A stretch of DNA of 59,145 nt, counting the filler, from Nemertoderma westbladi (taxonomy: Eukaryota; Animalia; Xenacoelomorpha): the NCBI GenBank assembly GCA_032718475.1. It is 3 parts of 3 records of this genome, joined end to end, with 100 filler letters (N's around TTAATTAATTAA, not from the genome) between each part and the next. Parts side by side here need not be neighbours in the genome. Positions count along the whole stretch, not along the records: positions 24,561 to 45,154 come from JAUCBJ010001085.1; positions 45,255 to 59,145 come from JAUCBJ010003318.1; 1 more part is not named here. The stretch is one strand, 5' to 3'. The notes beneath the pieces are model-generated. The model had not been told where the DNA came from. It was given only the letters and a program-made list of their open reading frames with translations, and ran no database searches. The first letter of the stretch is position 1. Each line of letters starts with the position of its first letter. The position numbers were made by a program, and so were the translations under genes. Positions 35,903 through 48,912 of this stretch are shown in pieces.

Positions 35903-37248
35903 TGTGGGGCGAGCCACGAAGTTGGCGGAGCCTTAGCGAATTGACACTGTTAGGGGGTGGGTCAATTTATGCAAATAGTTGTCGTCGTCGTCGTCGTCGT
36001 CGTTGTCGTCGTTGTAAAAGCCTTTGCTGAATTGCCCCGTTATTTTTATTATCTTTTACATTAAAATACTCTGTAGTTGATTTAATAAGTGTAAGAGACC
36101 GTATTATTGCTGTATCGGTGTTTTTAGAGGATCTAAGACCGATTTCCTCCGTATGTGTACTGTAAAAGGCATATTTTATGATTCTATGGCAATTCGTGAC
36201 GCAAAGGGGTGATAGCTACTCTTGAACAGTAGTTACTATGACTACGGTTAACAGCTGACATTCATACGTGTTGATTTCCTTTGTTCTACGGCGTCTCTCA
36301 GTTCAGTCAGCCAATTAGAGCGTTTTTGTGGCTCCTTGTACAGAAAATTTCCGAGAAATGACGCAATGCCTATGTGCAGTGTTTACATTCAGTCCTGAGC
36401 AAAAGAAAGAACGGCTTGGAAGTATTTTGTGCTTTACTGTTTTAGCCGTACACTAGTAGGCTTAATCATAAGGACATATATCCGTTATCTAACTTGACTA
36501 ACCTAACTCAATGCAATCAATGCATACTGCAGTACTGCATACACTGCATACTGTGTAACACTGTGCATACTTTATATTGTTATACTGCTATTTGCTGTCT
36601 GCACTTCATAATTTGGTTGATGAATTATTATATTTGGAATAACGATAAATAACCCCGAAAACCCAATATTCTTGATATACTGAAGGTAAGAGAGAAAGGT
36701 TATACATAACGATTGTGACTTATGTTAAAGTGGTTTGAAGTGAATCTAATGTTATTTGATAGCCCCTACATGAGTCAGTCCGTGTTCCTTTTATATGTAA
36801 CTAAAATCAGTGAAGATCGGCAGATCAGTGTGCAGTATTGTGCAGCATTGTGTGCGGGTGATACTGATAACGAAGCATTGCCTAAAGAATGCGCCATATA
36901 TGTGAATTATAATTAAGCCATATCGTTGTGAGTAGTTTAAGTCATAACTCTGTTTATATAAATAAAGCGCCACGTCCTAAAGGAACTGTTAATATTCCCG
37001 AAGGTGAATAATATTGTCAGAGATTATATAATACTGTCAGTCGAATAATACATTAAGCTTACAAAGCAATAAAATTAAGCCGTCGAACCCAATCTCCCGG
37101 GAATTATCCAGCGGGTGAATGATCGCGCACAGATGGGTTTCGACTAGTGTAGTGAATCAAATATTTGTCATCGGCTAAAGTGATTTATTATCTAACAGAC
37201 ATCCTAATTTGGCGGGTTAAACTGCCAAAGGTCTGAAAGCGCGAACAG

Positions 37249-37280
<32 letters not shown>

Positions 37281-38436
37281 GTCGTTACGATTTTGACATG
37301 CTAATAACTTTGTCGGATTTAAAGCTGCCAAGTTGAAAATTTGTAGGTATCAATATGAGCAAAAGTTGAGATTTTTGAGAGACTTTCAGACACCATCAGT
37401 GCAATGGTCTCCCGCTAGAGGGCCACATGTCTAAACATTAAATGCCCTCCCATTTCTTTGCTTTTAATCCGTTTAAGCTGAAACTTGGCAGATATGTATT
37501 AGACCATTAGCTGTGACTTTCAAAGGAGGCGAATCCATCTGCAGTTCTCCAGTCTGCCGCTAGAGGGCCAAAGGTCTGAAAGTGAAATCGTTGTCGTCGT
37601 TACGATTTTGACATGCTAATAACTTTGTCGGATTTAAAGCTGCCAAGTTGAAAATTTGTAGGTATCAATATGAGCAAAAGTTGAGATTTTTGAGAGACTT
37701 TCAGACACCATCAGTGCAATGGTCTCCCGCTAGAGGGCCACATGTCTAAACATTAAATGCCACCCATTTCTTTGCCTTTAATCCGTTTAAGCAGAAACTT
37801 GGGAAGTATGTACTAGACCATTAGCTGTAAATTTCAAAGGAGGCTAATCTGTCTGCAGTTCTCCAGTCTGCCGCTAGAGGGCGAAATGTCCCGAAAGTGA
37901 AATTAATCAGCCATTTAGTTATTTATGATCCGATCAAGCTGAAACTTGTCATATATGTACTAGAAGACATCCTAAGTCTTTGTGTGGACAGTAATCGGTC
38001 CGGAGTTTTCGAGTCTGCCGCTAGAGGGCGAAATGTAGGAAAGTGATAACCTTCGCGAATTCCTTGATCTTAATCTATTTAAGCTGAATTTTGGAATATA
38101 CAGTACCGGTATGTACTAGACCACATGCCTCGTCTTTGTGAGGAAGGTGATCGATCCGTAGTTCTTTAATATGCCGCTAGAGGGCTAAATGTATGAAAGT
38201 GAAAACCTTCCAACATTTCGTTATTTATGATCCGTCAATCGGAAACTTGGTAGATATGTAATAGACCATAGGCTGTGGCTTTGTAGGGAAACTAATCCTT
38301 CCTTCTTCAGTTACCCAGTCTCCCGCTAGAGGGTTAACGTTTTCCGGGAAAATCTTCTCATGTTTTTATAATCCTTTCGAGTTGATACTTAGCATTAACT
38401 CATTTCACGTGCTGCGCGAAGGCCCCACTTCGTGTT
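35903..38436 (+). mobile_element. Helentron-associated (HINE/DINE-1-like) element, probably interrupted by insertion(s) at ~36014-37240
   Basis: 5' GTGGGGC..CACGAAGT, (GTC)n microsatellite, internal ~145-170-bp repeats marked by CCGCTAGAGGG (7 copies, 37411-38335), and 3' GCCCCACTTCGTG inverted to the 5' motifs. Related ends at ~50408 and ~52330. Confidence 0.6.
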
Positions 38437-38764
38437 AATTTTTATATATAATTTCATTTTTTTATACTGTAGTTCCTTTTGAAAAAATATTATTCTAGAA
38501 GGAATACCGTTTTGACTATGAGTTCCTTAAAGCACTAAATTTTTAAAACATACAGTATATCATTGTTACTATGGCAACCTTAAAGAGTTGTAGAACAAAT
38601 TACACGTATTATATACTATTCTAGAACATAAATAAAATAAAATATATTACGTTTGAGAACTTATAGCTAGTTTTTATTAATATTTAAAAATAGCTAGTAA
38701 ATTAAATATAATTGTATTTAAATGAATTTCTGAATACATGTAAATGAATATTGAAAATTGGTAT

Positions 38765-41700
38765 TGTGGGCGCGAGGAAACAGTTTGTTACCGGTACACA
38801 GCAATTCTTTATTCTAATTTTATTGTCCAATATTAGGCATATGTATATTACTGATTATCGTCACACACACAGAATGAATTAATCGATTTATATAGGCCTA
38901 CATTACATATATATAATAGCATGCCAGTACGGTAGAATGTCAAAGGTCAAACTGCCTGTGTGAATGGTGTAATCAATATGAAATATAATTAGGAATGATA
39001 ATGAGGGTTACATGGCTCCCTTCGTTAAGTGCGGAGCACTATGGTTAACATTAATCAAGAAACTAATCATATTGTAGGCTTTAATTAAGAAACTAATTAA
39101 AGGTATATGAAAAAAAAACTAACGGAAATCGCCTAGATATGTTTGAGAAAAAAAAAATGGCAACACGTTCATATTATTTAAATATTTAATTATTACCACA
39201 AATTAATACATTTTGTACAGAAAATTAATTCCGCGGTGATACGCACCTATCCGGAATAGACAAAAACAGCACGACTACAACAAAATAGGTAAGCATATGT
39301 TAAACGCAATACCGTTGGATTTAATGATTGGATCTTAATGGTTTTAGTTCAATCAGAAATGTTGATAGTTTCAATTAATGAAAATGTTACACACTTTTTA
39401 GTTTTCGGTTTAGTGTAGTTCACACATTCAGAAACAACTGGTTTCACTCTGTCGAGCGTCAACTTTTCAATTTTTGAATGGCGTTCTATGTCGATAGTTT
39501 TACTATTTCGCGAAACTACTCTATACGGTCCCGCATAAAGCGGTTTCAATGATCCAGTTTTCTTAGGTTCTTTTACCCAGACATGAGTTGCTTCAGACAA
39601 TTCTTTGGGGATTGATGCTTTTGATTTATATTTTCTAACTGGACTCTGAAAATTATCAACTTTCTCGAAGAGCCGAGATGTGAAATTATGCCAGTTAAAA
39701 TTATCGAACTTATCAGACTTGTCCGAAAATTCGAAAAATTGACCTGGTAATTGAAGCTCTGCGCCATATACCAGTTGTGCAGGCGAAAACTTGTGCACTC
39801 CGATATTAGAGCGCAAACCCAACAAAACCAATGGTAGTTCATCAAACCCATAGGTTGAATTACATTTTGATCGAAGGGAATTTTTTAACTGACGGTGAAA
39901 ACGTTCTATAGTCCCGTTACAGGACGGGTGATAAGCAGTTGTACGACACCGTTTTGTGCCAAGGGACTTCATTAGAGAGCTCCAAACTGCTGACTCAAAT
40001 TGTGCGCCGCGATCCGTAATGACAGTACGTGGCACACCGAACCGGCTTACCCAATTGAAAAGGAAAGCTTGGGCAACTGTTTCTGTCGTAATATCTTTTA
40101 GAGGGACTACTTCAGGCCACCTAGTAAACCTATCAATGATAGTGAGTAAATACTTGTGTCCTTTGGACACCGGTAGAGGACCTACTAAATCTATATGTAC
40201 AGTTTCAAAGCGACTGTTAGTCGGGATCGTTTCTACAGCAGTTTTCGTATGCGTTGAAATTTTTGACTGTTGGCACTTTTGGCAAGCTTTCGCCCACATT
40301 TTAATTTCACGTCGCATTCCAGGCCAGATATAGCGGTTACTTATTAAATTGAAAGTACCATCTGGTCCAGCATGAGAAAGTTCATGAAATTTATCAAAAA
40401 TATGATGTCGCAAAATTGAAGGTAAGTATGGTCGATTATGGCCTTTTGATTTGTCGCACACTAGGATATTACCATCTTCTAAATGTGCGTATTGTAAAGG
40501 AAAGTAGTTGACTGAAAGAAACTTTGTAGCGATTTATCTTGCTTTTGAGCAGTGGCTAGTTTCGAATTATCATTTGTATCAAAAAATATGGCCGCTAGGG
40601 GGCGTGATAAAGAATCAGCTACAATATTTTCGGCTCCCGCTATATATTTAATTTGACAGTTGTACTCAGAAATGTATTTGTTGGGGTGTGGGATTTTTCA
40701 TCCCTAAACAATTTACAAGTGGCTTATGGTCTGTAAAAATTGTAATGTGCTGACCTAAAAGCCAATCGTTATGTTTGAGAGCAAGATAAATCGCTAACAG
40801 CTCTTTGTCGAAAGCTGACTGTTCAGTTTCTTGTGTTCAGTTTCAGGTCAACTGTTCAGTTTCAGACAATTTTTTTGAAAAGAAACTGATCGGTTCAGAT
40901 ACGTTATTTACAACTTGGTGGATGACGGCACCAACCGCCTGGTCTGACGCGTCTGTTGTCAAGGTTACAGGAGCGTCAGGCTTTGGAAATGATAAAGTTA
41001 CAGCATTTTGAAGACTCTTCTTTAATTTTGAAAAAGCCTGTTTTGCTTCAGCTGACATTTCGAAATTTTCGGGGATGTCAAACTTATTTTTATTTAGATC
41101 AGTTAGAGGCGCTGCAACGTCAGAAAAATTCGGCACAAATCTATGATAGTAACCTGCCATTCCGAGGAACCGACGCAATGATGATCGATTTTTGGGCTCT
41201 GGAAAATTTGCCATGGCAACTATCTTTGATTTGATTGGTTTTACACCTGTATCCGAAATAGTGAAACCAAGAAAATTTACTTCACGTTTAAAAAATTCGC
41301 ATTTCGAGCGTTTAGCTGTTAGACTAAATTTTCGTAAACGTTCTAGAACGAGTTGAATGTCTTTATGGTGCTGCTCTATGCTAGGACTTGCAACCAATAT
41401 ATCATCTATGTATCCAACTGCACAATTGATGTCGTACAGTGTAGTGTCAATCAACCTTTGAAATGTTTGACTGGCATTACGCAGACCAAAAGGCATACGT
41501 GTGAAAAGAAAAAGTCCAAATGGGGTTGTAATTGCCGTTTTTAAGATATCGTTTTTAGCCATTGGAACCTGATAATAGGCCTTTTCGAGATCTATTTTAC
41601 TGAAAATCTTGCACCCTCTAAATTTATCAGTTATATCCGCAATGTTTGGCATTGGATAATTATCGCGTACCGTCATACTGTTCAATTTTCTATAGTCACC

Positions 41701-42050
41701 ACAAGGTCGGATACTGCCATCTGGTTTCTTTACACAATGTAATGGTGTAGCCCATGGGGACTCACTACGTTTAACAATACCCTGTCGTAATAAATTGTCA
41801 AATTCGTTAGAAGCCGCTGATAAACGGTCTCCGTATAAACGGCGTGGTTTTGCGAAACAAGGTTGTCCTTCCGTTACTATATGGTGTTCGACAGAGTGAT
41901 TCACAAATTCAGTAGCTAATTTGGGTTTGAAAACGTCGCCATACTTGTTCAAAATTTTGCTTAATTGTGGATTAATATCAGATGTGATACTTTCAACTCT
42001 ATGTGATGTAATTAAAAACACATTGGAATGCGAACTGGCATCATATACAC
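38765..42050 (-). mobile_element. Ty3/Gypsy retrotransposon (RT-RNase H-integrase and probable 3' LTR), 5' part missing
   Basis: RT motifs SPWATPLHCVKKPDGSIRPCGDYRKLN, KIDLEKAYYQ, RMPFGLRNA and YIDD. RNase H TTDAS. Integrase HIDLVGPLP..ITDRGAQF..TAYHP..ERFHR, plus a GPY motif. PPT-like GAAGGGAGCCA precedes TGTAAC at 39012. Frameshifts near 40843 and 40500. Confidence 0.92.
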
Positions 42051-42838
42051 CACACATCCACGGTACTGCGATAACACTTAATAAACAAAATAAAATACCT
42101 GCACTAAAGACTAAGTTAGACCATATGGACTTGGACGAACATAGCCTCATAATGGGAAATATGATATACTTAAACCACAATAAAAATAGTTCCATATTAC
42201 TAGATAATGTGTTAGCTTATTCAATCCCGCTAACACCCCATAAAGTTTAGCCAATAAGCAATATTGGGAGCCACGAGATTGGGTAATTAACCAACTCGTG
42301 CCATCCCAATAAGAATGGGAAGGAAACGCACAATGAGGGTCAGGGGCCAAACCCCTAACCCAGAGAGAACAGGTGGAGTGAACGGGAACACTCCAAAGGG
42401 CGCCAACAAGGGTATCAACCAATCAGAGGGGGGAAAGGCATCGATTAGGTAGAGTAACAAGGCCAACCGTGCAATATAGCCACTTGGCAGTAATCATATC
42501 AATTCAGTTATCTCAGTGCAATACTGGTGCTAGTTTAGGTTACATAGTTTAGCTAGGGAAGGACCGGGACTTTAGTTACCGTATCCCGCCTTCCGTGTAC
42601 AACAACAATATTATCTCATATCTATATCTGTATCTATATCTCTATACCCAAACATTATATACGACGAACAGCACAAACTCATTCACTCTTTACACACGGC
42701 GGGGACGCGTAAACTAACAACGGATAAACCGGGATCCCTCTTGGATCCCGTCACAGTAACTAAAACCGAGCTGCTGCCCTAGTTAAACTGTAACAACTGC
42801 TGCCCTAGCTAGCTGAACTCCACCGATCACCAACCGAG

Positions 42839-45154
42839 ATGAGTCAGTCGGGAGAGATAACACCGACGCGGACCCCGGACGAAGAGCTAACGATCCGCGA
42901 GGCCGCAACCAGGCGATACAGGCCCACAACGCCGGACCCATCGGTAACGGGTCATCCGGCAGTTCAGGACGAGGGGGGCCTGGAACCCGAGGTCGAGCCG
43001 AGAGGAAGAGAGAGCGAGACGGAGGGAGACGGAGACGAGTCGACACGGGACGGGGGTCGACGCACCGGTGTCGCCGGCCAGCCACAGGCCGAGGGCGACG
43101 AGCGGCCCACCGAAACGGCGACGGTGGGGCCGACGGTGCGGCCCCGGACGCAGAGAGACGAAGGAGATATCGGTACCGATGTCGCCGGCCAGCCACAGGC
43201 CGAGGGCGACGGACGGCCCGCCGGAACGGCGACGGTGGGGCCGCCGGTACGACGTCGAACCCGGAGAGACGGACGAGAGGTCGGCGACGAGGACGTCGGG
43301 GTTTCTGAGCGACTTCGACGGGCCTACAACGCGACCCGGAGACTACTAGACGAGGCCAGAAAGGGGAAGACGATAGACGAGGTAAAACTAAAGTCAGGAC
43401 TAGGTAAGTCGGACAGACATTTATATTATCTGATGCGCTTCGGGCAGAGAGAACTAGCCGAGGAGAGAGCGAAAGGGGTTGCCAGTGAACTGTTCGAACT
43501 ATGGGAATGTGGGAGTATGGAACCTAGCGTAGCGTCAGTGTACATAGGGCCATACTTGGTCGATGCCCGGGGTATAAAATTAGTGGGTTGGAACAGACCT
43601 GAAGGGGGCGAATCCGAGGTTAACCCCGAGGATTCGGCCTCGTCGGTCGGAGGAAGTTCCGGGAAGCGGGGGAAAGTTAGTAGGACGGGGAGGCGAAGGG
43701 AGTCCGTCGTGACCGATAAGTCTGCTACATCCTCCGCGAAAGAAAGACTGGTGAGAGAGGCAGGTGCCGCGTACCGTCTCGAGCTGATAGAGCAAGGTCA
43801 GAGGGAAATGGATAAACGGCTAGAGGAGGGGAGAATGCGGCTAGAGAGGGAAGCGGCATTGATTAGAGAAACCGGAGAGAAGGCCGAAAGGGCTTTGAGA
43901 AGCCTTAGGGAGTATGATGAAATAGAGTTGAAGGAACAAGAGGAGCGTGTGGCGAGAGAGAAAAGTGAACGCGAGAAACGTGAGGTGAGAGAGAAAAGTG
44001 AACGCAAGGAGCGTGAGGCGAAGTGGGAAAGTGAACGAAAGGAACGTGAGGCGGAACGCGAGAAACGTGAGGCGAGGGAGGAAAGTGAACGAAAGGAACG
44101 TGAGGCGGAACGCGAGAAACGTGAGGCGAGGGAGGAAAGTGAACGCAGAGAGCGTGAAGCGAGACGAAGGGAGAGCGCTAGGAGAGTAGCAGAGTTGGCT
44201 GGCCAGGACGCGCGGGAGTGTGAGAGGAGAATGGCAGAAGCTGAGCGAGAGCAAAAGGAATTAGAGAGACGCCAAAGTGAGCTTTCGGAACATAGGATTA
44301 GACGCGCGCACGAGTTGCAAATGGTGCGGGCGGGGGCGTCTGAGAGCGAGACTGGCTCGAGTATTTTAGAGGAGCCAGGGGCCGTGGATACATTTATTAA
44401 TACCCCACTTACAGGGACCGCACGACAGACCCAAAACTGGTGTGACCGTACGGGCGGGGGGGGGGGGGGGGGGGGGTAATAATGATAATGGTACAGTAGA
44501 CGTGGTTAATATTAATAGTACCGTATGGGATAATTCTAATCAAACCTTTATTGCAGGAAATACTTTACCTAGTGGTAGTAATTTAAATTTAAATCAGAAC
44601 AATCCTAATGTTAATGTAGAAAATAATTCTAATAATGTGGTTATACAAAGTAATCCAAATAATTTAAATAATAGCCCGAATTCGAACCTACAAAATAATT
44701 TAAGTAATGCAATTACGCAAAATAATCCAAATAATTTAAATAATGATCAGCAAGCCCGAATTTACAAAATAATTCAGATAGTGTAGTCGCGCAAGATAAT
44801 TCAAATGATTTTATTTCGAACGAACAAATTAATTCCGTTTCCAATACGGGTGCTATTAATGTAAACACGTCGGGCGTGTATGGCCAGACAGATGGGGCCC
44901 TGGTAGGCCACGTAGTTAGTAGGCCGGAAGTAGCTGGGTTAGGTAGACCCGGCGAGGGCCTGGTAGGCCACGTAGTTGGTAGGCAGGGAGTGGCTGGGTT
45001 AGGTAGACCCGGCGAGGGCCTGGTAGGCCACGTAGTTGGTAGGCAGGGAGTGGCTGGGTTGAATAGACCCAGCGAGGGCCTGGTAGGCCACATAGTCGGT
45101 AGGCAGGGAGTGGCTGGGTTGAATAGACCCAGCGAGGGCCTGGTAGGCCACATA
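42839..45154 (+). mobile_element. Long GC-rich ORF, probable BEL/Pao gag N-terminus, continuing through Asn-rich and 20-aa repeat regions into the gap
   Basis: PEDSAS + Ser-rich SATSSAKERL..A..A + E/R-rich coiled coil, a layout typical of BEL gag N-termini. The frame shifts at poly-G 44456-44476 and at ~44750. No capsid or knuckle is visible before the gap. Confidence 0.6.
44895..45154 (+). repeat. 60-bp tandem repeat encoding GLVGHVVGRQGVAGLGRPGE
   Basis: At least 4.3 units, truncated by the gap. Confidence 0.9.
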
Positions 45155-45254
45155 NNNNNNNNNNNNNNNNNNNNNNNNNNNNNNNNNNNNNNNNNNNNTT
45201 AATTAATTAANNNNNNNNNNNNNNNNNNNNNNNNNNNNNNNNNNNNNNNNNNNN
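45155..45254. other. Assembly gap with TTAATTAATTAA linker
   Basis: Same linker as 24461-24560. Confidence 0.95.
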
Positions 45255-47760
45255 TAGACGAGCCACCAATGTTCAGAAATTTGAATTCGTCAATGTTTTA
45301 AGATCTAATGTAGATGGTATCGCTGGTATAAATTGTGCAATGATTTGTTTTGTGTCGATGTCTCTCATGTGAGTAATATCGAATCGTTTGCGTATAATCT
45401 GACAGAGGCGTTGAATGACGCATCGCAGTGTCTCCCTCGTCCCTCCCCTCCCAATACTGTAGTAGGACAGGTACGCCGGTAATGCCTGGCTGGAATGAGC
45501 ATGTCCGCCCTTATAAGGAGGAATGTTTATTTTGGCATAGCGTCTTGATCTCGGTCGGGAGGCCTAATGAGTCACAGAGCAATTTATTTCATTTAAGAAG
45601 AGTATCAAGAGCGCAATACAAATACGCAGTGTGGCGTTTGAAACGCAATGTAGATTCCATTCGTAGAGATAAATTCATGCAAGCCTGTCTAGAAAGTGGT
45701 TCCAATATTTTTGCTGAAATTAAGAGGCATAGGGGGGACCTATCCAATCTTAGTATATCCGTGGATGGGGTCAATGACCCCGATGGGATTTTGGATAAAT
45801 TTGCCTCCATTTTATGCCCAGCTTTACAATCAGAATTATAATGATGACATGTCTCATTTAGAATATCTTATTAAAGATGGTATAGATAACTTAAATCATG
45901 AGGATATGGAATGGATAACCCCCCAGTTAGTTTCTGCCGCAATAAATAAACTCCAGTCTGGTAAGTCCGATGTTGCGGGTGATTTTAATTCGGATTGTTT
46001 CTTGAATACATCTGAGGTTTTATCGCATCCACTAGCGCAGTTGTTTATGTTTATGTTTATGGTGGTATAGTCAGGGAAGAGCATACGCATGTGGCTAAGT
46101 TGGTGGCAGCCTCCTCCTCCATGGTAGCGAAAGCTAAAAAGGAGGAGGTGTACGACCAGTTAGATACACAACAGTACAGGTTATGCCTACTGAATACAGA
46201 GAAAGGTGCGTCTGCCTGGCTAAACTGATCGCTACATGACACTCACCTTTCCAAGGAAGAGTTCCGAGTTTGTCTCCATTATTGGTGGTTGCCAAAGAAT
46301 CTCCCCTCTCGTTGTGTCTGTGGGTCACGATTTTCTACAAACCACATTCTGTCGTGTCCCACTGGGGGGTTCCCCTCCATCAGACACAACGAGATACACG
46401 ATTTTTTCGCCGATACCCTGACCGAGGTGGCGCACAACGTGGCTGTCGAGCCAATGCTCCAGCCACTTACGATAGAGACATTCTCCCTCCTCTCCACCTC
46501 GACAGACCAGCAGGCGAGACTGGATGTGTCAGTAAGCGGATTCTGGGGCAACCGCTTCCAGAAGATGTTTATTGATGTGTCGGTTTTCAACCCGCTGGCG
46601 GCAACCAATGCGGCAATGTCGCTGGACACCACCCATCTCCACCACGAAGCGTGGAAGATCCGGAACACGCCACTTTCACTCCTCTCATCTTCTCGACTTT
46701 CGAAGGAACGGCGTCGCTGTGTCACCAGTTCATCAAGCGCCTTGCGTTAAAACTGGCAGAGAAGCGGCAGATCCCATACCCGGAGTGCATCTTGTGGGTG
46801 CGGCGACGAATTAGCTTCGCTCTCCTCAGGTCATCCTTAATGTGTCTGCGGGGGTTCCGGTCAGAGCCAAGAGACCGGTACGGGCAGCAGATGTCGCTGA
46901 CACATCCATCGTGTTAGCGAACGCCGACTCAGAGCCAGGCGCAGGCATGTTTAGATAGGTTACAGGCTGTTTGGTGGTGGTGCAGTTTAACTGTTTGTTG
47001 TTGTTTAAGTTGTTTCCCGCGTTTCTGTAATTACTGTTTTTAATTGTTTGTTATAGTGCCTATAATTGTGCTTGTATTTCTGAAGGTTTTTTATTATTTT
47101 GTGAATAAATGAGGCTTGTAAAGTAAAAAAAAAAAAAAAAAAAAAAACTCTGTGGGATCTTTGGTCAGATGATGTTGGACGTTTAATGACATCATGGCAA
47201 ATTAATGTACGTTTGGTGTGGGGATTACCGGTAAATACCCATCGTTACATAGTTGAGGGTATTGTGCCTTTTGTACATCCATACAGTATGTTATGTAGTA
47301 GATTCGTAACGTTTGCCCAGTCTCTATTATCTAGTAATAAAACGTCCTTATATTTTTTAGTTTCACTAAGTTTGTTTGATTGTCGTACAGTTTCTGGTGC
47401 TAATTTGCGGCATATTTGTAGTAAATGTAACGTAGATTTCAGTTCCGTGTCTAAACATGTTTGTAATTCAGTTACTTGGTACCCTGACAATCGTTCCAAT
47501 TCAATAATTCCGCTTTGTAAAGAAATTGTAGATTATAATTTAGGTCTTTTAGAAATTCCCGGTTTCAGTTTGGAGTAAATTAATGCTATTTTATTAAATA
47601 TATGTGCTAATTAATCACTTGTCGATGTCTCATTTACTCTTGTATTGCTATTCTATGTATTGCTTTTTATTGTTATTTGTGCTATTTTACGTAGGGCCTA
47701 ACTCTGTACTTATATACTTTTTTGTATAATGTACGATATGAATTGAATTAAATTAAATAC
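45255..47760 (+). mobile_element. Degenerate APE-type LINE (L2/CR1-group-like) with RT core deleted, split by a CRE-like insertion
   Basis: PGWNEHV..LFWH..GRP..RAQYKYAV, then AINKLQSGKSD. Resumes after 47148 as LWDL..SWQINVRLVWGLP.NTH and ends in a TGAAT/TAAAT tail. Confidence 0.7.
46069..47147 (+). mobile_element. 5'-truncated non-LTR retrotransposon with restriction-like endonuclease (CRE-like), poly(A) tail
   Basis: GASAWL, CxC..H..C zinc knuckle, RHNEI, ARLDVSVSGFWG..FIDVSVFNP, FTPLIFSTFEG and RRRISFALLR. AATAAA followed by ~23 A at 47125-47147. Confidence 0.85.
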
Positions 47761-48059
47761 CGGTGCCGGTAGTTACCAATGGGAGTTCAGCACTACCACA
47801 ACTGCTGCTAGGAAACGTATAAACAAGGTTCACGGTGGTATACAATATGAGTTATGATTTCCATATGCAGTTAGCGTGTGCAGCAAAATATTGTTACAAC
47901 ATTAAAAGCAAAAATATTAAGCGCGTTTCATATAATTTCAACAATTAAGATTTCTTATTTGTTTGCTCAATAATATTCGCAAACGTTTGTTTGTTAAGGA
48001 CATTAATTATCAGGATATTTACGGCGATGTATGTCCAGATGTCACCGCGTCATTGAAAA

Positions 48060-48520
48060 TATAATCACAGGACTGAATTCGAACACTATTTCACAATTAG
48101 ATGTACCTGTAGTTTGTAATACTTACAAAATAATTAAATGAATTAGATTTGACATTTATAACGTTATATTCAAAACCCAACTTCTTATCACAATCACTAA
48201 ATTTTTCGTCGTAATTGATTTGCGCGGGCCCATATACTACAGTACGAATATACTTTTTTATGTCTAAATCATCATTGCGTGTACGAAATTTAACGTGACC
48301 TAGATAGGTGAATGAATCTGTGCTTCCTATCAAAATTCCATTTAAATATACAGGTGCCACATACTTTATACCACTGTATTTTACTGCAAAATGCATTACT
48401 TTAGTCTTTTTAAGGTTAAAAATAATTCCATGACCAATATTTAATAATCTTTGTGGGCCTATGATCTGTCAGCGAATTCTGATTCGAAATAAGATTTAGA
48501 TCATCGGCAATACATTAAGT
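48060..48520 (-). pseudogene. Highly decayed LINE RT fragment
   Basis: ADDLNLIS at ~48485-48510, then FNL.KTK and FTYLGH..DDLDI. Confidence 0.6.
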
Positions 48521-48912
48521 GCTTCTAGCATATTTATACTGTATTACATCTAATTGTGAACAACAAAAACCGGTGTGACTTGTTACAAATCATATTTTAT
48601 GAAGTGTAATTTTCAAAAAACAAAAGTAGGGTTTAAAAATTTTATTATAAATCTCAAACTTCCTAATATTTTTAAAATCGTTTTTAATAATAATTAGCAA
48701 GGAAATAGATTTTTGGAAAATAGTAAAATTTTAGTTTCCCAGTAGCCTTTGTTTCAGAGTTATAACTAGAACCACAGGGGGTCATATTGACCCCTTCCTC
48801 CGTCCTTAAGTCAAATGTAAAATGGGTAACAATAAAGATCTTAGAACATCAAAAGTTACTATAGCCAGTCATCCTCAAATTATGCATGTATGAAACGAGG
48901 ACGACGCTGGGT

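Noticed and set aside
42050-42195. Hydrophobic N-terminal extension on the Gypsy RT ORF (env- or signal-like)
   Set aside because: Gypsy homology stops near 42050. The extension is most likely chance read-through into the neighbouring opposite-strand insertion.
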